DNA of 64,000 nt, from positions 348,288 to 412,287 of the forward strand of contig NW_002060977.1 of NCBI RefSeq assembly GCF_000150275.1, given 5' to 3'. The notes below the pieces were generated by a model. The model searched no databases and had not been told where the DNA came from. It saw nothing but the letters and a program-made list of their open reading frames with translations. This document shows positions 28,501 through 39,418 of this stretch, piece by piece (position 1 is the stretch's first letter; every line of letters starts with the position of its first letter). The translations under genes and the position numbers were made by a program. The DNA comes from Trichoplax adhaerens. Lineage: Eukaryota; Animalia; Placozoa.

Positions 28501-31500
28501 AATTTTCAAGCTGGTTTTAGTCAAGTACAATTTTAAAGAACTAATCTAGGCCATAGCATCCTGTGAACCAAATTTATATATAATATATTATTTCGATATA
28601 TAGAGATATTAGTGGATACCGCATAGAACGGAAAAGAGAAGAAGGAGACTATGGAGTGCTCTCTTCACTTCAAAACAACGTTAAAACATTGTAATTTAGC
28701 AATAATTAAAACTAGTAGAATTCTATCGTTCTGTGATTCACCTAAATTAAACGTCATCAAATATACATTTCACTGAAATATTTTACGTCATATTATAGGT
28801 TTCTTTTACTATCTACCAATTTACATCAATACTTATTCTATTACAGATATATCAGTAAAATTGGTATCCATAGACTCGATCTTAGAATCTTATTTAATCG
28901 AACAAATCGAATTTTAAAAGAGCTGTAAGTCAACTCTTATGTTAAAAATTATGTAAGAAATGTATTATAAAGCTGTTACAAGGAATCTATTGATCAATGT
29001 AATGTTATGAAACACGTTTTTCATCAACCTCATAAAATATTCTAATTCGACGTTAAATTTGATGAATACTGTATCGTATTTTGGCTTCAGTAAAATAACT
29101 ATAATGCTATCTCTGTAGACTTACCAGCTTATTCTACAAATGGGAACTTTCGTAATATTAAGGCAACAGTAATCGTTAACCATGAATCGTTAGCCAAATT
29201 ATTGATAAAAATTTTCATGATAGACATTATACTAGAAATTTTCTAGAAGAAATCACAAGTAACGGAATTCAATTTCCGAACCTAGAGATCATGTAAGAGT
29301 GCATAAAATCATACTGTATACGTTACGGACATATATAAATTCATTTAAAAATTTTAATTGCAATCAAATTAATATTAGTTTGCAATACATAAGGTTAAAC
29401 TTAAAAAAGTTTTGCTTCAGTGCCGATATGACATAAACAGTTATAGTTTGTAATGTTCGTTTTGTATAACTCAAATTTTCAGAAATTTAGAAAATAACTT
29501 CCTACAAGGCGCATGTTTTACTGAATCCTACTATGACGTCTGGCCCAATATCCATACACTGTAAGATTATTCGGCCTGATTCTTGATCAATTTATTTTAT
29601 GATATAATCAAATTTTCAGTAAACTACATAATCTTATAATTAACTATTACATACATTGAAATCAGGCTTCATAAATTGTAATTAATTATGTGTAAGTGCA
29701 CGAAAAATGTACTACCTTTTTAATTATACCAAGCCACAATTATTTTCTCTTTTAACAGGATCTTAAAGCAAAATCGCATTCGAACCTTGAATAATGACTG
29801 TTTTTATAAATATAAGCGACTTCGTATATTGTAAGCTTTCCTAATTTGTAATAGTAAATTAATTTTACAACTCTCCTGCCTTTGATAAAATTTATTTGAA
29901 TTTTATGATAACACTTTACCGAATTATAAAATTATATTACTTAATTCTAAATTAAAAGTTGAAAGCTACCGATATTCCATAATAACAGCATTTTATACGT
30001 TATTACGGTCATCTATTTATAACTTATAATCTTTACAGAAATCTGGAGCTAAACATTTTGACCCATGTTAGTGATCAGGCTCTTCGTGGACTGACGAATC
30101 TTAGAAATGTGTAAGTATCAATGACATCACCAATAGTTAATATATTATATAATCGTTACATGCCTCTACAACAATATAAGCTTGTACCTATAGTACATTA
30201 TGACTACACGTTGATTTTAGCTTATCCTTTTTTATAAACATAGACTGAATTAATGCGTACTTGCCTATAGACATAGCATGCTAAGTCTAGCATTTGCAGC
30301 ATGTACTATTTCTTTGCAGCCACAAACAGCGTTGTCATCTACTAATACTTAGACCGTTTGTGACGAGTTTACTTCTATAGTCTTAGCTCTCTACATTATC
30401 TCTATTCCAAAGCCTTAAATACCACTAATTTCTAACCCATATCTCTACTCTTGCGTTCATTACAGTATTAGTACTTTCTTGATTGCTTCATAACAGCTTA
30501 TAAGCCACTCTACGTTAATTACCTCAATACTATAATTTTTACAATGTGCAAGACGAATCTTGCTAACTTACTAAACGTATTGCACTGATTTCTAAATTAC
30601 TTATAACCGTTATAACTCTTAGAAATTAGCTCAAAATCACTCTGGTCACTAAATAAAAAAATAATTAAGAAATGCTTAGACTGTTCTTTATCAGTGATAT
30701 ATGAGCCTCATTAAGTTAGCAAGACTAGAAATTAAGAATCTGATATGTTAAATACTGTACGCTGCGAATTTATACAGAAAAGCAAGTTGCAGTGCTAAAC
30801 TAAATTTAACTTAAAATTTCAACAAAGTTTTATTTCTACTAGTATATTGAACTCGCCTCCCACAAATTTCTACTGATGAATATTTCTTGACTCTACTTAA
30901 TCTAATCAGTGTTTACGGGGTAAATTTATATATATAATAATAATTTAATCTCCAACTTCACCGTAATAAGGATAGCTGAAAGTGGGCTACTTGAATTAAT
31001 ATGGTCTATTTTATTTTGTGTCTATACTCAAAGACACATTAATAGAATCGATGCTTTCTAGCTAGAGTAAGGTTTTATCATGTAAATTTACTTATAGTTA
31101 TTGCAAAACTACCGTACTGTTCGATTTTAACGTTTAGTCTCCCTACTATCTATAGTCAATTCAAGCTTAGATAATAACTAGATCTACGAAAAATTTATAG
31201 AAATGAGTGTGCAATTTTTAAAATATTCATTTACTTTTATAGGATGTCATCAAGAATATTTTTTTGTTGTTCCATCCCTACAACCGTTACATTTTGCACA
31301 CCATTTAAGAAGCAAGAAACTGCTTCTACTTGTTTGGACCTTATATCCAATAAATTAATATCTAAGGCACTTTGGGGAATTGCAGGAATTGCACTCCTTG
31401 GCAATCTAGTCATCATTGCTATCAAAGTACTGAAATACAGGAACCAGCCCGAATCTGTCCTAGGATTACTCTCTCAAAATCTTAGTGTCGCTAATCTGTT

Positions 31501-32461
31501 GCTATCATCGTACGTATTCATCATCGGTAGCGCTGATATCGCTTATCACGATCACTATGCAAAATATTCCGAATTATGGCTAAAAGGACCATTTTGTTCA
31601 TTATCCTGCATATTGGCTAGCATGTCCAGCTTAATTTCATCGGCTGTAATTATTTTTATGACCGTAGATCGCTTCATCAGTATAGTTATTCCTCACAAGA
31701 CCAACTTAATTCAACCAAAAAAAGCAAAATACATCATCGATAGAACTTGGATAGTTGTCTTTATATTTGTTACTATTCCAAATTTGTTCAGTATAAATGC
31801 TGAAGGCGATGCAAGAATTTATGGATATGTCGGCATCTGCCTGCCAGTCAATTATGATAATCCATTTTATCGAATGTGGATTGTTACATTTATTACTGGA
31901 ATAGCTCTTTGCTGGATAGCAACATCATACCTTTGGATACATATATCTGTTACAATGAAATTGTTAAGCAAAAAAACAGGCAAGTCAGCAAGAAGGCAAG
32001 AACGAGCTATTGCTTTAAGGATACTGCCAATTATTTTAAGTAACTTGATTGCATGGATACCATTCTTAATATTTACCCTTGAAATCGCTCGTAATCCAAG
32101 TAACATGCCTGAGACTACTTTGCAAATCACATTTCTTATAGTATTACCCATCAATGCAGCTATTTATTTCGGACTAACTGCCTATAGTGGTCTAATAGGT
32201 ATTAACGCAACAAGTAATCAAATGCGACAATATTATGGTCGCATCAGTAGCCGAATAATGACTAGAAAAAGTATTCTTGGCAACAATACTAACCCTGTAC
32301 AACCAGCACGACGATGTACAGAGGTAGTCATCTGCCAAATTAGAACTGAGACTAATGAAGGAGAAAGATTATACGCAGATTCTGGGACATATATAAGGAG
32401 GATATCGCAAACTCCCCAAGATCAAATTGCTGCCGAAGTGCTAAAGAATTTACCCAATTAG
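13525..32461 (+). CDS. Leucine-rich repeat-containing GPCR (LGR; type C/RXFP-GRL101-like hinge) with ~40 LRRs; multi-exon, 5' signal-peptide exon not located
   Basis: AG/GT-bounded in-frame exons read by hand. N-cap 13525-13675 (TYGHDQCKSVSTNKNKCCRDGNNLICQNILP...). LRR exons, all phase 2-2 and mostly 72 nt: 14228-14299, 14444-14515, 14724-14795, [N gap], 15693-15776, 15891-15962, 17319-17390, 17579-17650 (ELQCNEIATIEAGAFNGLDNLRHL), 17823-17894, 18021-18083, 19454-19525, 19607-19678, 19813-19884, 20039-20107, 20235-20312, 20548-20619, 20737-20808, 20990-21061, 21190-21261, 23098-23169, 23312-23377, 23476-23547, 23662-23742, 23952-24023, 24190-24255, 24601-24666, 24840-24911, 25203-25274, 25380-25451, 25644-25715 (DLSSNNISFIPQGAFNSLTNLRKL), 27329-27400, 27495-27563, 27762-27839, 28031-28105, 28244-28366, 28604-28690, 28847-28924, 29224-29292, 29483-29560, 29759-29830, 30039-30110. 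Terminal exon 31243-32461 holds the hinge and 7TM. Confidence 0.9.
14802..15193. other. Assembly gap (N) inside the LGR LRR exon array
   Basis: Run of N; could hide additional 72-nt LRR exons. Confidence 0.99.
21641..22273 (+). mobile_element. Solo LTR family A in an LGR intron
   Basis: TGTTACA...TGTGACA, 633 bp, perfect TSD ACTCT (21636-21640 / 22274-22278). Confidence 0.9.
22436..22680. repeat. Old dispersed repeat family D, copy 2 (inverted), in an LGR intron
   Basis: Reverse complement aligns to ~4318-4562; boundaries approximate. Confidence 0.6.
26248..26875 (-). mobile_element. Solo LTR family A in an LGR intron
   Basis: TGTCACA...TGTCGCA, 628 bp, flanks ACTTC/ACTGC (1 mismatch); homologous to the other family-A copies. 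Confidence 0.85.
31243..32461 (+). CDS. Terminal exon of the LGR: Cys-rich hinge + rhodopsin-class 7TM domain + C-tail
   Basis: 405-aa ORF preceded by acceptor ttttatag. Hinge FFCC-x8-CTP...STCLDLI; TM1 GN; TM2 NLSVANLL; ECL1 W...C (WLKGPFC); TM3 DRF; ECL2 GICLP; TM6 WIP; TM7 VLPIN. These motifs match RXFP/GRL101-type LGRs. Confidence 0.95.
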
Positions 32462-33125
32462 ATCAATGGACGGAATGGTATAAAATTCTAACATTTAATA
32501 ATTATATGTTATAATAATTGAACTGTGTCAGTTATTAACCATCTTCGAGTAACTTGTAAGTCCTGTGTCCTGTGTCAGAAATATATCCGATAAAACACAT
32601 CAGCCTATCAAATAACCCCTACATTCTAAGCTAGGTAACTTATCCTAAGTACCTTTTCTGTAAGAATAACTTCTATTAAGGAATCTATAGATCCTACGTT
32701 TAGCTAACTTCATCTACACCTTATTTTTTACTAATATTCTTTAAAATCTGTCGTTATAGTATAATGGATGTCGTTACAAATGCTTCTTGTATTAATTTTT
32801 ACTGATAATATGGCAGGTAAAATTACTGCCCTCTACAAAATCATAAAGTGACCCTCAATAATTTCTAAGCACCTTTCTTTAATGTGCGTTAAGCTATTTG
32901 CATTACTGTACTTGCAAAAAATTTAAAGTTTACAATCGTATTTATTCCAGATCGATGTCACATATTTTATAGATGAATGCGTTATAGCAGTTTATGGCTT
33001 TATCTATAACATTCACTGATAGAAATTTCTGTTCCGATATAATCGATAACATAGATTACTTAGAAAAGCCTAAATTAGATAAAAGCATTATAACGGCCAC
33101 TCCTAAATGAATTCTTTAAAGGCAC

Positions 33126-33758
33126 TGTCACAAAACAGCTTTGCAACAAGATAACGCAATATACGATCAATAAGTCAATTCCTTGAACCACGTATCAAGG
33201 AACGATATCTGCACTATCACAAACACTTTTGCTCTACTAGCAGACTACACAAAGACTTAAACGCCTCGTATTTTACGTTAAACACTAAGTTGGACAATTC
33301 TTCTTTATTTCACGATATACTGCATTTATATACTATTCCTCAATAGTTCATGAGTCATAGTTAATACAATTAACATTAGAATCATTTACTGAATTAGATA
33401 TTAATTTTAGCTACTGCTCCCTTAATGCAGACAACAGTATTTACGAACATAGACATGTAATGACTAATACAGAATAGTCAGATTACGATATGTCCTATCA
33501 CGGAACATATTTATGATAATTTACAGTCTACCATAAGTAAATTACAATCACAATGATTCGAACTGTAAGCAGATGATTTGCATTCCCTATTATAACTATT
33601 ATAATTTCAGTATGTGTATAAGTGTCACTGTCATAAAAAGTCAGTGCTATATTAAAATACAGTATATCCAAATTAGAAGTTAACTAAATTAGGATAGTCT
33701 AACAGAATTATCCTAACATAGTTATTTCTACTGTAATACAGTATTTAACACTGTAACA
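33126..33758 (-). mobile_element. Solo LTR family A downstream of the LGR
   Basis: TGTCACA...TGTAACA, 633 bp, perfect TSD GGCAC (33121-33125 / 33759-33763); nearly identical reverse complement of 21641-22273. Confidence 0.9.
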
Positions 33759-34227
33759 GGCACTTATAAATAATGTAGTATAGCAAAGCTCACTCGTAAG
33801 TACCGTGTCTACAAATTTTATCAGTTATAAAATGTCTCGCGTTATCATATCTCGTAAAAATTATGGTAAAGTCAGTTTTAGATAGTATTGAAATAATGTC
33901 TTACCGTATAGCAAACATCTGCGTAGCAATAAATAAAAGACTGAAAAATTTGGAGCCTCAAACGAACATTATGCTTGGTTACTATTTGAATTATTTATAG
34001 ACTAAGCTATCTTATAACTTTTTAATTGCATACCTATTATTGTGCTCTCTTTACATGAAATCTTCTAAACATTACCATTCTTTAAGCACAAGCGAAATGA
34101 TAATAAGATAGCAAAGGCATGGAAATCCTGTTGTAATTTATTCTGGGCCCTAATTGATAATCAGACTTATATCGGATTCTGTATCTTTAAAATCTTATAC
34201 TCTATTCCGTAATATGTATTATCTTGC

Positions 34228-35032
34228 TATAACAGCCAATAAATTGAAATAGTACATATCACTCACATGAGTAATACCACTGTCTACTCTCGTTTAATGT
34301 GAGTATGCAACTAACTTACTAGCTACTTAGTCGCCAACTAACTATGGAGAGATACTGTAAGTAAGACTAACAACTTCCTCACAAGTATAATAAGCGGCTT
34401 GTTTTAAGATTAGTTTATGAGTTTTTACTTCTATTCATGCCACGAGAGTATAGTACCTTGTTGTACTAGTACTAGAGAAGTATCAACTGAGCGATATATT
34501 TTCTGCTCGGGCTTATATACAGTCGCCAAACATAGGCGGTGCAAAGTAGAGAAACACATATAATACAATTTACTCACTTAGTATGAGAAACATTACCGAG
34601 GATCTCCGGAGTTAGTCGGAGAACCATAAGAGTGGATAGACTAGTTTAGGTACGATCACGAAAGCTGTTTTGTGACACTGGTGGTAGCGGTGGGATCCGA
34701 AGAAGAAAACACCTTGCCCCAAAAATTGGAACTCCTTGGTAGGCTAGCACCCGACAAACTGACCTCAAGAAAAAGGTAAGAAGACCTATTTCAGTTCTTG
34801 TAAAGAAGTCAGAAGAGTCTACGAAGATAACCTGATCAACTGCTACGCTGATAAGCGAAAATGGCTCACTCAAGCGTAGATTTAAACCTGTTAACCTTAG
34901 ATGCTGAAAGCCAGAGAACGGAACAACTTGCCGCCTTGTCCGATGACTTACTAAGGATCTCCGGAGTTAGTCGGAGAACCATAAGTGTAGATAGACTAGT
35001 TTAGGTACGATCACGAAAGCTGTTTTGTGACA
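34228..35032 (+). mobile_element. Internally deleted LTR retrotransposon remnant: 5' LTR - PBS - leader/putative gag start - last 79 bp of 3' LTR
   Basis: 79-bp direct repeat 34599-34677 / 34954-35032, both copies ending AAAGCTGTTTTGTGACA. The first copy is followed after 1 nt by TGGTGGTAGCGGTGGGAT. A short ORF starts at ATG 34861. The 5' boundary is approximate and no TSD was found. Confidence 0.75.
34679..34696 (+). promoter_or_regulatory. Primer-binding site complementary to the tRNA-Leu 3' end
   Basis: 18-nt TGGTGGTAGCGGTGGGAT directly after the LTR terminal CA; its complement ATCCCACCGCTACCACCA matches the recalled 3' end of eukaryotic tRNA-Leu (…AUCCCACCGCUGCCACCA) with one difference. 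Confidence 0.8.
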
Positions 35033-35209
35033 GCCATTTTCACGAATATCTAATATTTTATTCCTCGATCGTACATAATTAGATTGTATATTGTAACTGA
35101 CTTGGTAATAGTCAGAAATCAAATTATAATATGATATATTAAAAAGTGATTACATTGAAATTTTCTTCTTATATCTATGCCGAGTAACAGATTAAGCAAA
35201 AAAATCTAT

Positions 35210-38200
35210 TTACGTAATAATTATTTGATTAGCAATTTTTCGAACCAAAGATACTAACAAATCCTTATCAAGTTTCTGAAACGATTCGCTTTTGGTAACA
35301 AGTCTAAATTTTGAGCTCAATTGATCAACTAAAGCCTTCTCAAATCTATCTTCTAGTTTCGATGATAGAGAACTTTTAACACTTTCATATTCGACGTAGG
35401 CCTTTAACAAATCTTCCACAGAATTTTCATTACTTAAAGATTGTAAGCAATATTCCATTAATCCAGAAACTGGATATTTTTCGGCAGCTTTTTATAATAG
35501 GTACAGTATAGTACGGCAAAGGAAAAATTAATGTAAGTAATTTTCGATTATTTTCAACCAGGACAATAAGTTCTGTAACCAAAATAGCTACGCCAATAAT
35601 ATTTGGAAATTAATTATTTTGTCTAATTTGCAATTTATACCGATATAGGTATTATCTTACCACAATATAGATATAATGCCGTAATTGGATTTAAATTGAC
35701 GGCTGCTTTATAAATATATTCAATGAGTAAACTGAATATATCGCTCGAGATATCTTCGATTACAAGCTTTTCCTAGCACAATTAAAGTTAGATATATTAA
35801 AGTTAGAAATAAAAATAAAAGACCCTGAAATCGTTAGATTCGTTGTAAAAAAGTGAAAATTATAAGACTGAGTAAAATAACTTTGTAATGTAGCCCCGTA
35901 ATTAGATTAGGATTGTAGTTATAAGATTGCACAAAAATTATTCCAGTCCTGTGTTTGATTATAAGATTGTACTAGTGGCTATTTTTAGCTGGTAATTTTG
36001 GAACCTTCTACAACTTTTTACGTAAATAATTAAATTAGGATTTTATAATATTTATAGATTACGTTAGGCAATTTTTCACTGCAAAAAATTTGCTATGACG
36101 CTCATTAAAATTACAAGAGACAATTATGAGATCAAAAATTCAGCATTGATCTACAACTTAAATGGCTATAAGTGATTTTTGCTAAAAATGATCCTGTATC
36201 AAATTCTATTTTAATTATCGATTGAAGTCGGCAGCCCTCGATTTTTAGTAAATGAGCCAGTTATGTGTAGTATGTACAGTTTTACAAGAAATCATAATTC
36301 TTGCCATAATATTTGAAGGCTCTTGATCATACTGGCAAACATTCCTGATGCATATGAATTGCTGTTTTTGAGTTACAAACCTCATAAATTGTCATTTTTA
36401 ACAGCTTCAGTGATATTAAATCCCGGTATTCATTTTAATTTGCACTATATTTATATAAGCGAAATGCCTCATATGTCTACTATTACATTGTCTCTTCAAG
36501 TTTTCTCTGTGAAAGCTATGTTCACTATCTACCAGCAGTAGATAACATTTCATCATGCAACCAGTGCTAGGTGGTATCAATAAATTTTATGATAGTGTGC
36601 TTCTATAATTCTTACACTATGCTGTAGATATTGCCAGATTCAACATAAAGCAATGTAGATAATCTTAGAATGTTAATGATGTACTGTATTTCTTTAGGAT
36701 ATCTAAATTCATTCATCTAACACTAAGTTATAGTGAAAAGATTTCGACATTAATCTAATTTCGAGATGATTACTAGCAATAATTAAATTACCTTACCGCA
36801 GTGCATTCCTTAAAAATTTCATCAAAGCGGCTACAACGAGCGGCAAGAATACACCGATGCAAGCCAAAGAAATATTCCGAAAAAATTTGTACATTAACGT
36901 CGCCGAATCTCCTACTATCGTAGAGACTACCAACACATTCTGCTAAATAAACAGGAAATACTTAAATAATAATTGCGCCTAATGTTTTAAGCTATAAATG
37001 CAGCAAGTTCATAAGAAATTAATAACATTAATACCAAAATACTGAAATTTAATTCTGGATAAGTTTTCTTAATTTTGTACTCGTGTTGTACATTATTATA
37101 CCCTTTTTATTTAGAGACTATAAACTTAGTTTCTATAAGTGTAAAGGTCCAGTAAGAATCTCCTACTATTACTATTGGTTCGACTACATAATCCAAAATT
37201 TAGCCACTTTGCTGTACTACTTCAATTAAGCGAAATTGTTACGGTAAGCAATTCTATTAAAATTTAACATTTATTATGTACTAAAGTTAAGCTATAGATC
37301 TTATGCAATTCTTTCTAACACTTTTAGTGAAACTAGAAATCAAAATATAATATATATATAAAAATGCTTTAGAGTCTCATCTTAGAATCATACCGAAAAT
37401 ACTTCCTTCTGCTTCGACACTTGCTTCACTAACATTCGTTTCTGCAGGTCGGAGTTTCTCATTTGTTATCCAAGTATCCCAGTTATTACTATAATTTTTA
37501 TAGCGAACTTTTACGTAACAAGTTTTAATTTCTTCAATTATTGCTTCATACCAGCTGCTTCCCCATTCTGCCTCTATTTTATCTCCGACTTTTAAGTCTG
37601 AATTTTCATCAGCAGGTTTATCTTGATTGATTCGAATCTTGGATAGCTCTATAGCTTCGTTAAATGAATCGCTCCAGCCCAAATAAGAGACCTTTCGATT
37701 TAAAAATATTATATTAACCTTAAAAATTCAGTTGCATATATGAAATAGAAATGTATGTTTCTTTAATTATATTTCGCAGCTAGCAGAAAGTATATACAGT
37801 AGTCTACATTATGTTGTAATCTTTCCAGATACTATGATTTAAAAATGCATCAACTAGCCATCCAAATTGAATAACTCAGTTAACTATTTTTCTTGGCTTA
37901 GCCAATTAACGATCAATTATCAGAGGTAAGCAACTAAATTTAAACCTTAATATGTTAAAATACTGTTACGGTATGAACCACCGTGAAGAGTAAATGACTA
38001 AATTTAGAGTTTAACTTTTATATATGGAAATAACTAATAATGATTTATAGTAAGAACTACGGTAGTTATTATTTTGTTACAGTAAATTATGCTGTATTGC
38101 AGTAGAAGTTTTCATAAGCTAAGTGATATTAATTGATTACACTGTTATGTCTGTCTTGCAATGCTAGTGATGAATATCCTGAAGATATTCAATTATAGAT

Positions 38201-39418
38201 GATACTATAAATAATTCTGTGTATGGATATACTGTACTGTAGTCCAATTATCTAGAATCATTCAGTACATGTCCAAAATTATGTATAATGTCTGTATTAT
38301 TTTTGCTATCCAATATGAGCTAAATTTCATCAACTGTTATGACTCATACATGATAGCTTCTGCCGAAGTGTATTTAAGCTCGATGATAGTTAAATAAAAA
38401 AAGAGTTTTACAATTGTTTCAACGTAGAAGCAAAGCCGTCTAAATTCTTGTGAATTAGTTAAGGGATACTGAATCCCGGAGACTATAGTAATTTAGAGAT
38501 TTGTTTTAAATTATCTTTGTCACGAAGCTGGTTTGTGACAAATACCTATAGCTACTCATTAATTTTTGACGAACCAAGTAGCTGAAGAATCATTGCTACA
38601 ATTACTTGAGCCATTTAGTATGGTATAATAGTAGCCTCAGAATAGACTTTTCACATCATTAGTATTTGCAGAACATAAACTTAATAATCTATATTTTAAC
38701 ATTTAACTCTGCATATTTTGTAGCAGTTGTTGTATTCACGTGAACAGCGATTAAAATCTATATGGTAAGTAACTATTATATATTTTGATCCCGATTACTG
38801 AAATCTATTTAAAATGATGCTGAACAATTTTACAAATAACTGCAAGTAGCTATTTCGGCTAATTACAGTAGTAACATGAAGCATGGTAGCATTAAGAGGT
38901 AGAATAGTTGCTATGCTTAATGAAGTTAATATATGATAGCTGGTATGATAATTGTGTCAGAGTAGAGAATTACTCAATTTTAATAACTTAAATTTTGAGT
39001 CAGCGATTGCTAGTCAAAGGGGTTATTGAACTCAATAATCACACTGGACTAGATTTAAACTTGTTCATTCTCATCAACAATGGCCTAAATGCAAGCAATA
39101 AAGCAAATGTTTATATTAGGTTCGATCACTCAAAACTAATAAGTAGATCAATGTCGTATTGCATCTAGCTTTTCCATTTTAGCATTTAATCTACGGTAAA
39201 TCTTCAAACAAAATAAAATCTAAAATCTATCTCTAAAGTTTTTGTTGATCTAAAAATCAAACAGTTTGCCCATAAGAGAAAATCTAATATTAATTGCTAT
39301 TTCAGAGAAAAGGCTAAGTTACCAGATAGGTCTTTTTCTGTCCAATTTCTAAAATAACCCCTGGATACCATGTATTATTCCAAAAAATTTCTATATTTTG
39401 ACCAACAGAGTATGCCAT
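35210..39418 (-). CDS. Tandem Tudor/Agenet (Royal family) + BTB/POZ domain protein, ~309 aa, 5 coding exons
   Basis: Exons on -: 39418-39323 (MAYSVGQNIEIFWNNTWYPGVILEIGQKKTYL), 37691-37394 (VSYLGWSDSFNE...LKVGDKIEAEWGSSWYEAIIEEIKTCYVKVRYKNYSNNWDTWI), 36942-36797 (LYDSRRFGDVNVQI...LHRCILAARCSRF), 35772-35661 (LVIEDISSDIFSLLIEYIYKA), 35487-35210 (AAEKYPVSGLMEYCLQSL...). Phases 0,1,0,1 join into one 930-nt frame with canonical GT/AG. The BTB hallmarks D-V, HR-ILAARC, F-LL-EYIY and AA-KY are present. Confidence 0.88.
37964..38540 (+). mobile_element. Solo LTR family B inside the first coding intron of the Tudor-BTB gene
   Basis: TGTTACG...TTTGTGACA, 577 bp, perfect TSD AATAC (37959-37963 / 38541-38545). 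Confidence 0.85.

Noticed and set aside
31867-32154. Antisense ORFs to the GPCR exon (also 31237-31425)
   Set aside because: Shadow frames of the real 7TM exon.
34646-34873. 75-aa minus ORF
   Set aside because: Antisense to the retrotransposon PBS and leader; no coding hallmarks.
34599-35032. 79-bp direct repeat as a CRISPR-like or tRNA feature
   Set aside because: Only two copies in a eukaryotic context; the tRNA-like 18-mer is a PBS, not a tRNA gene.
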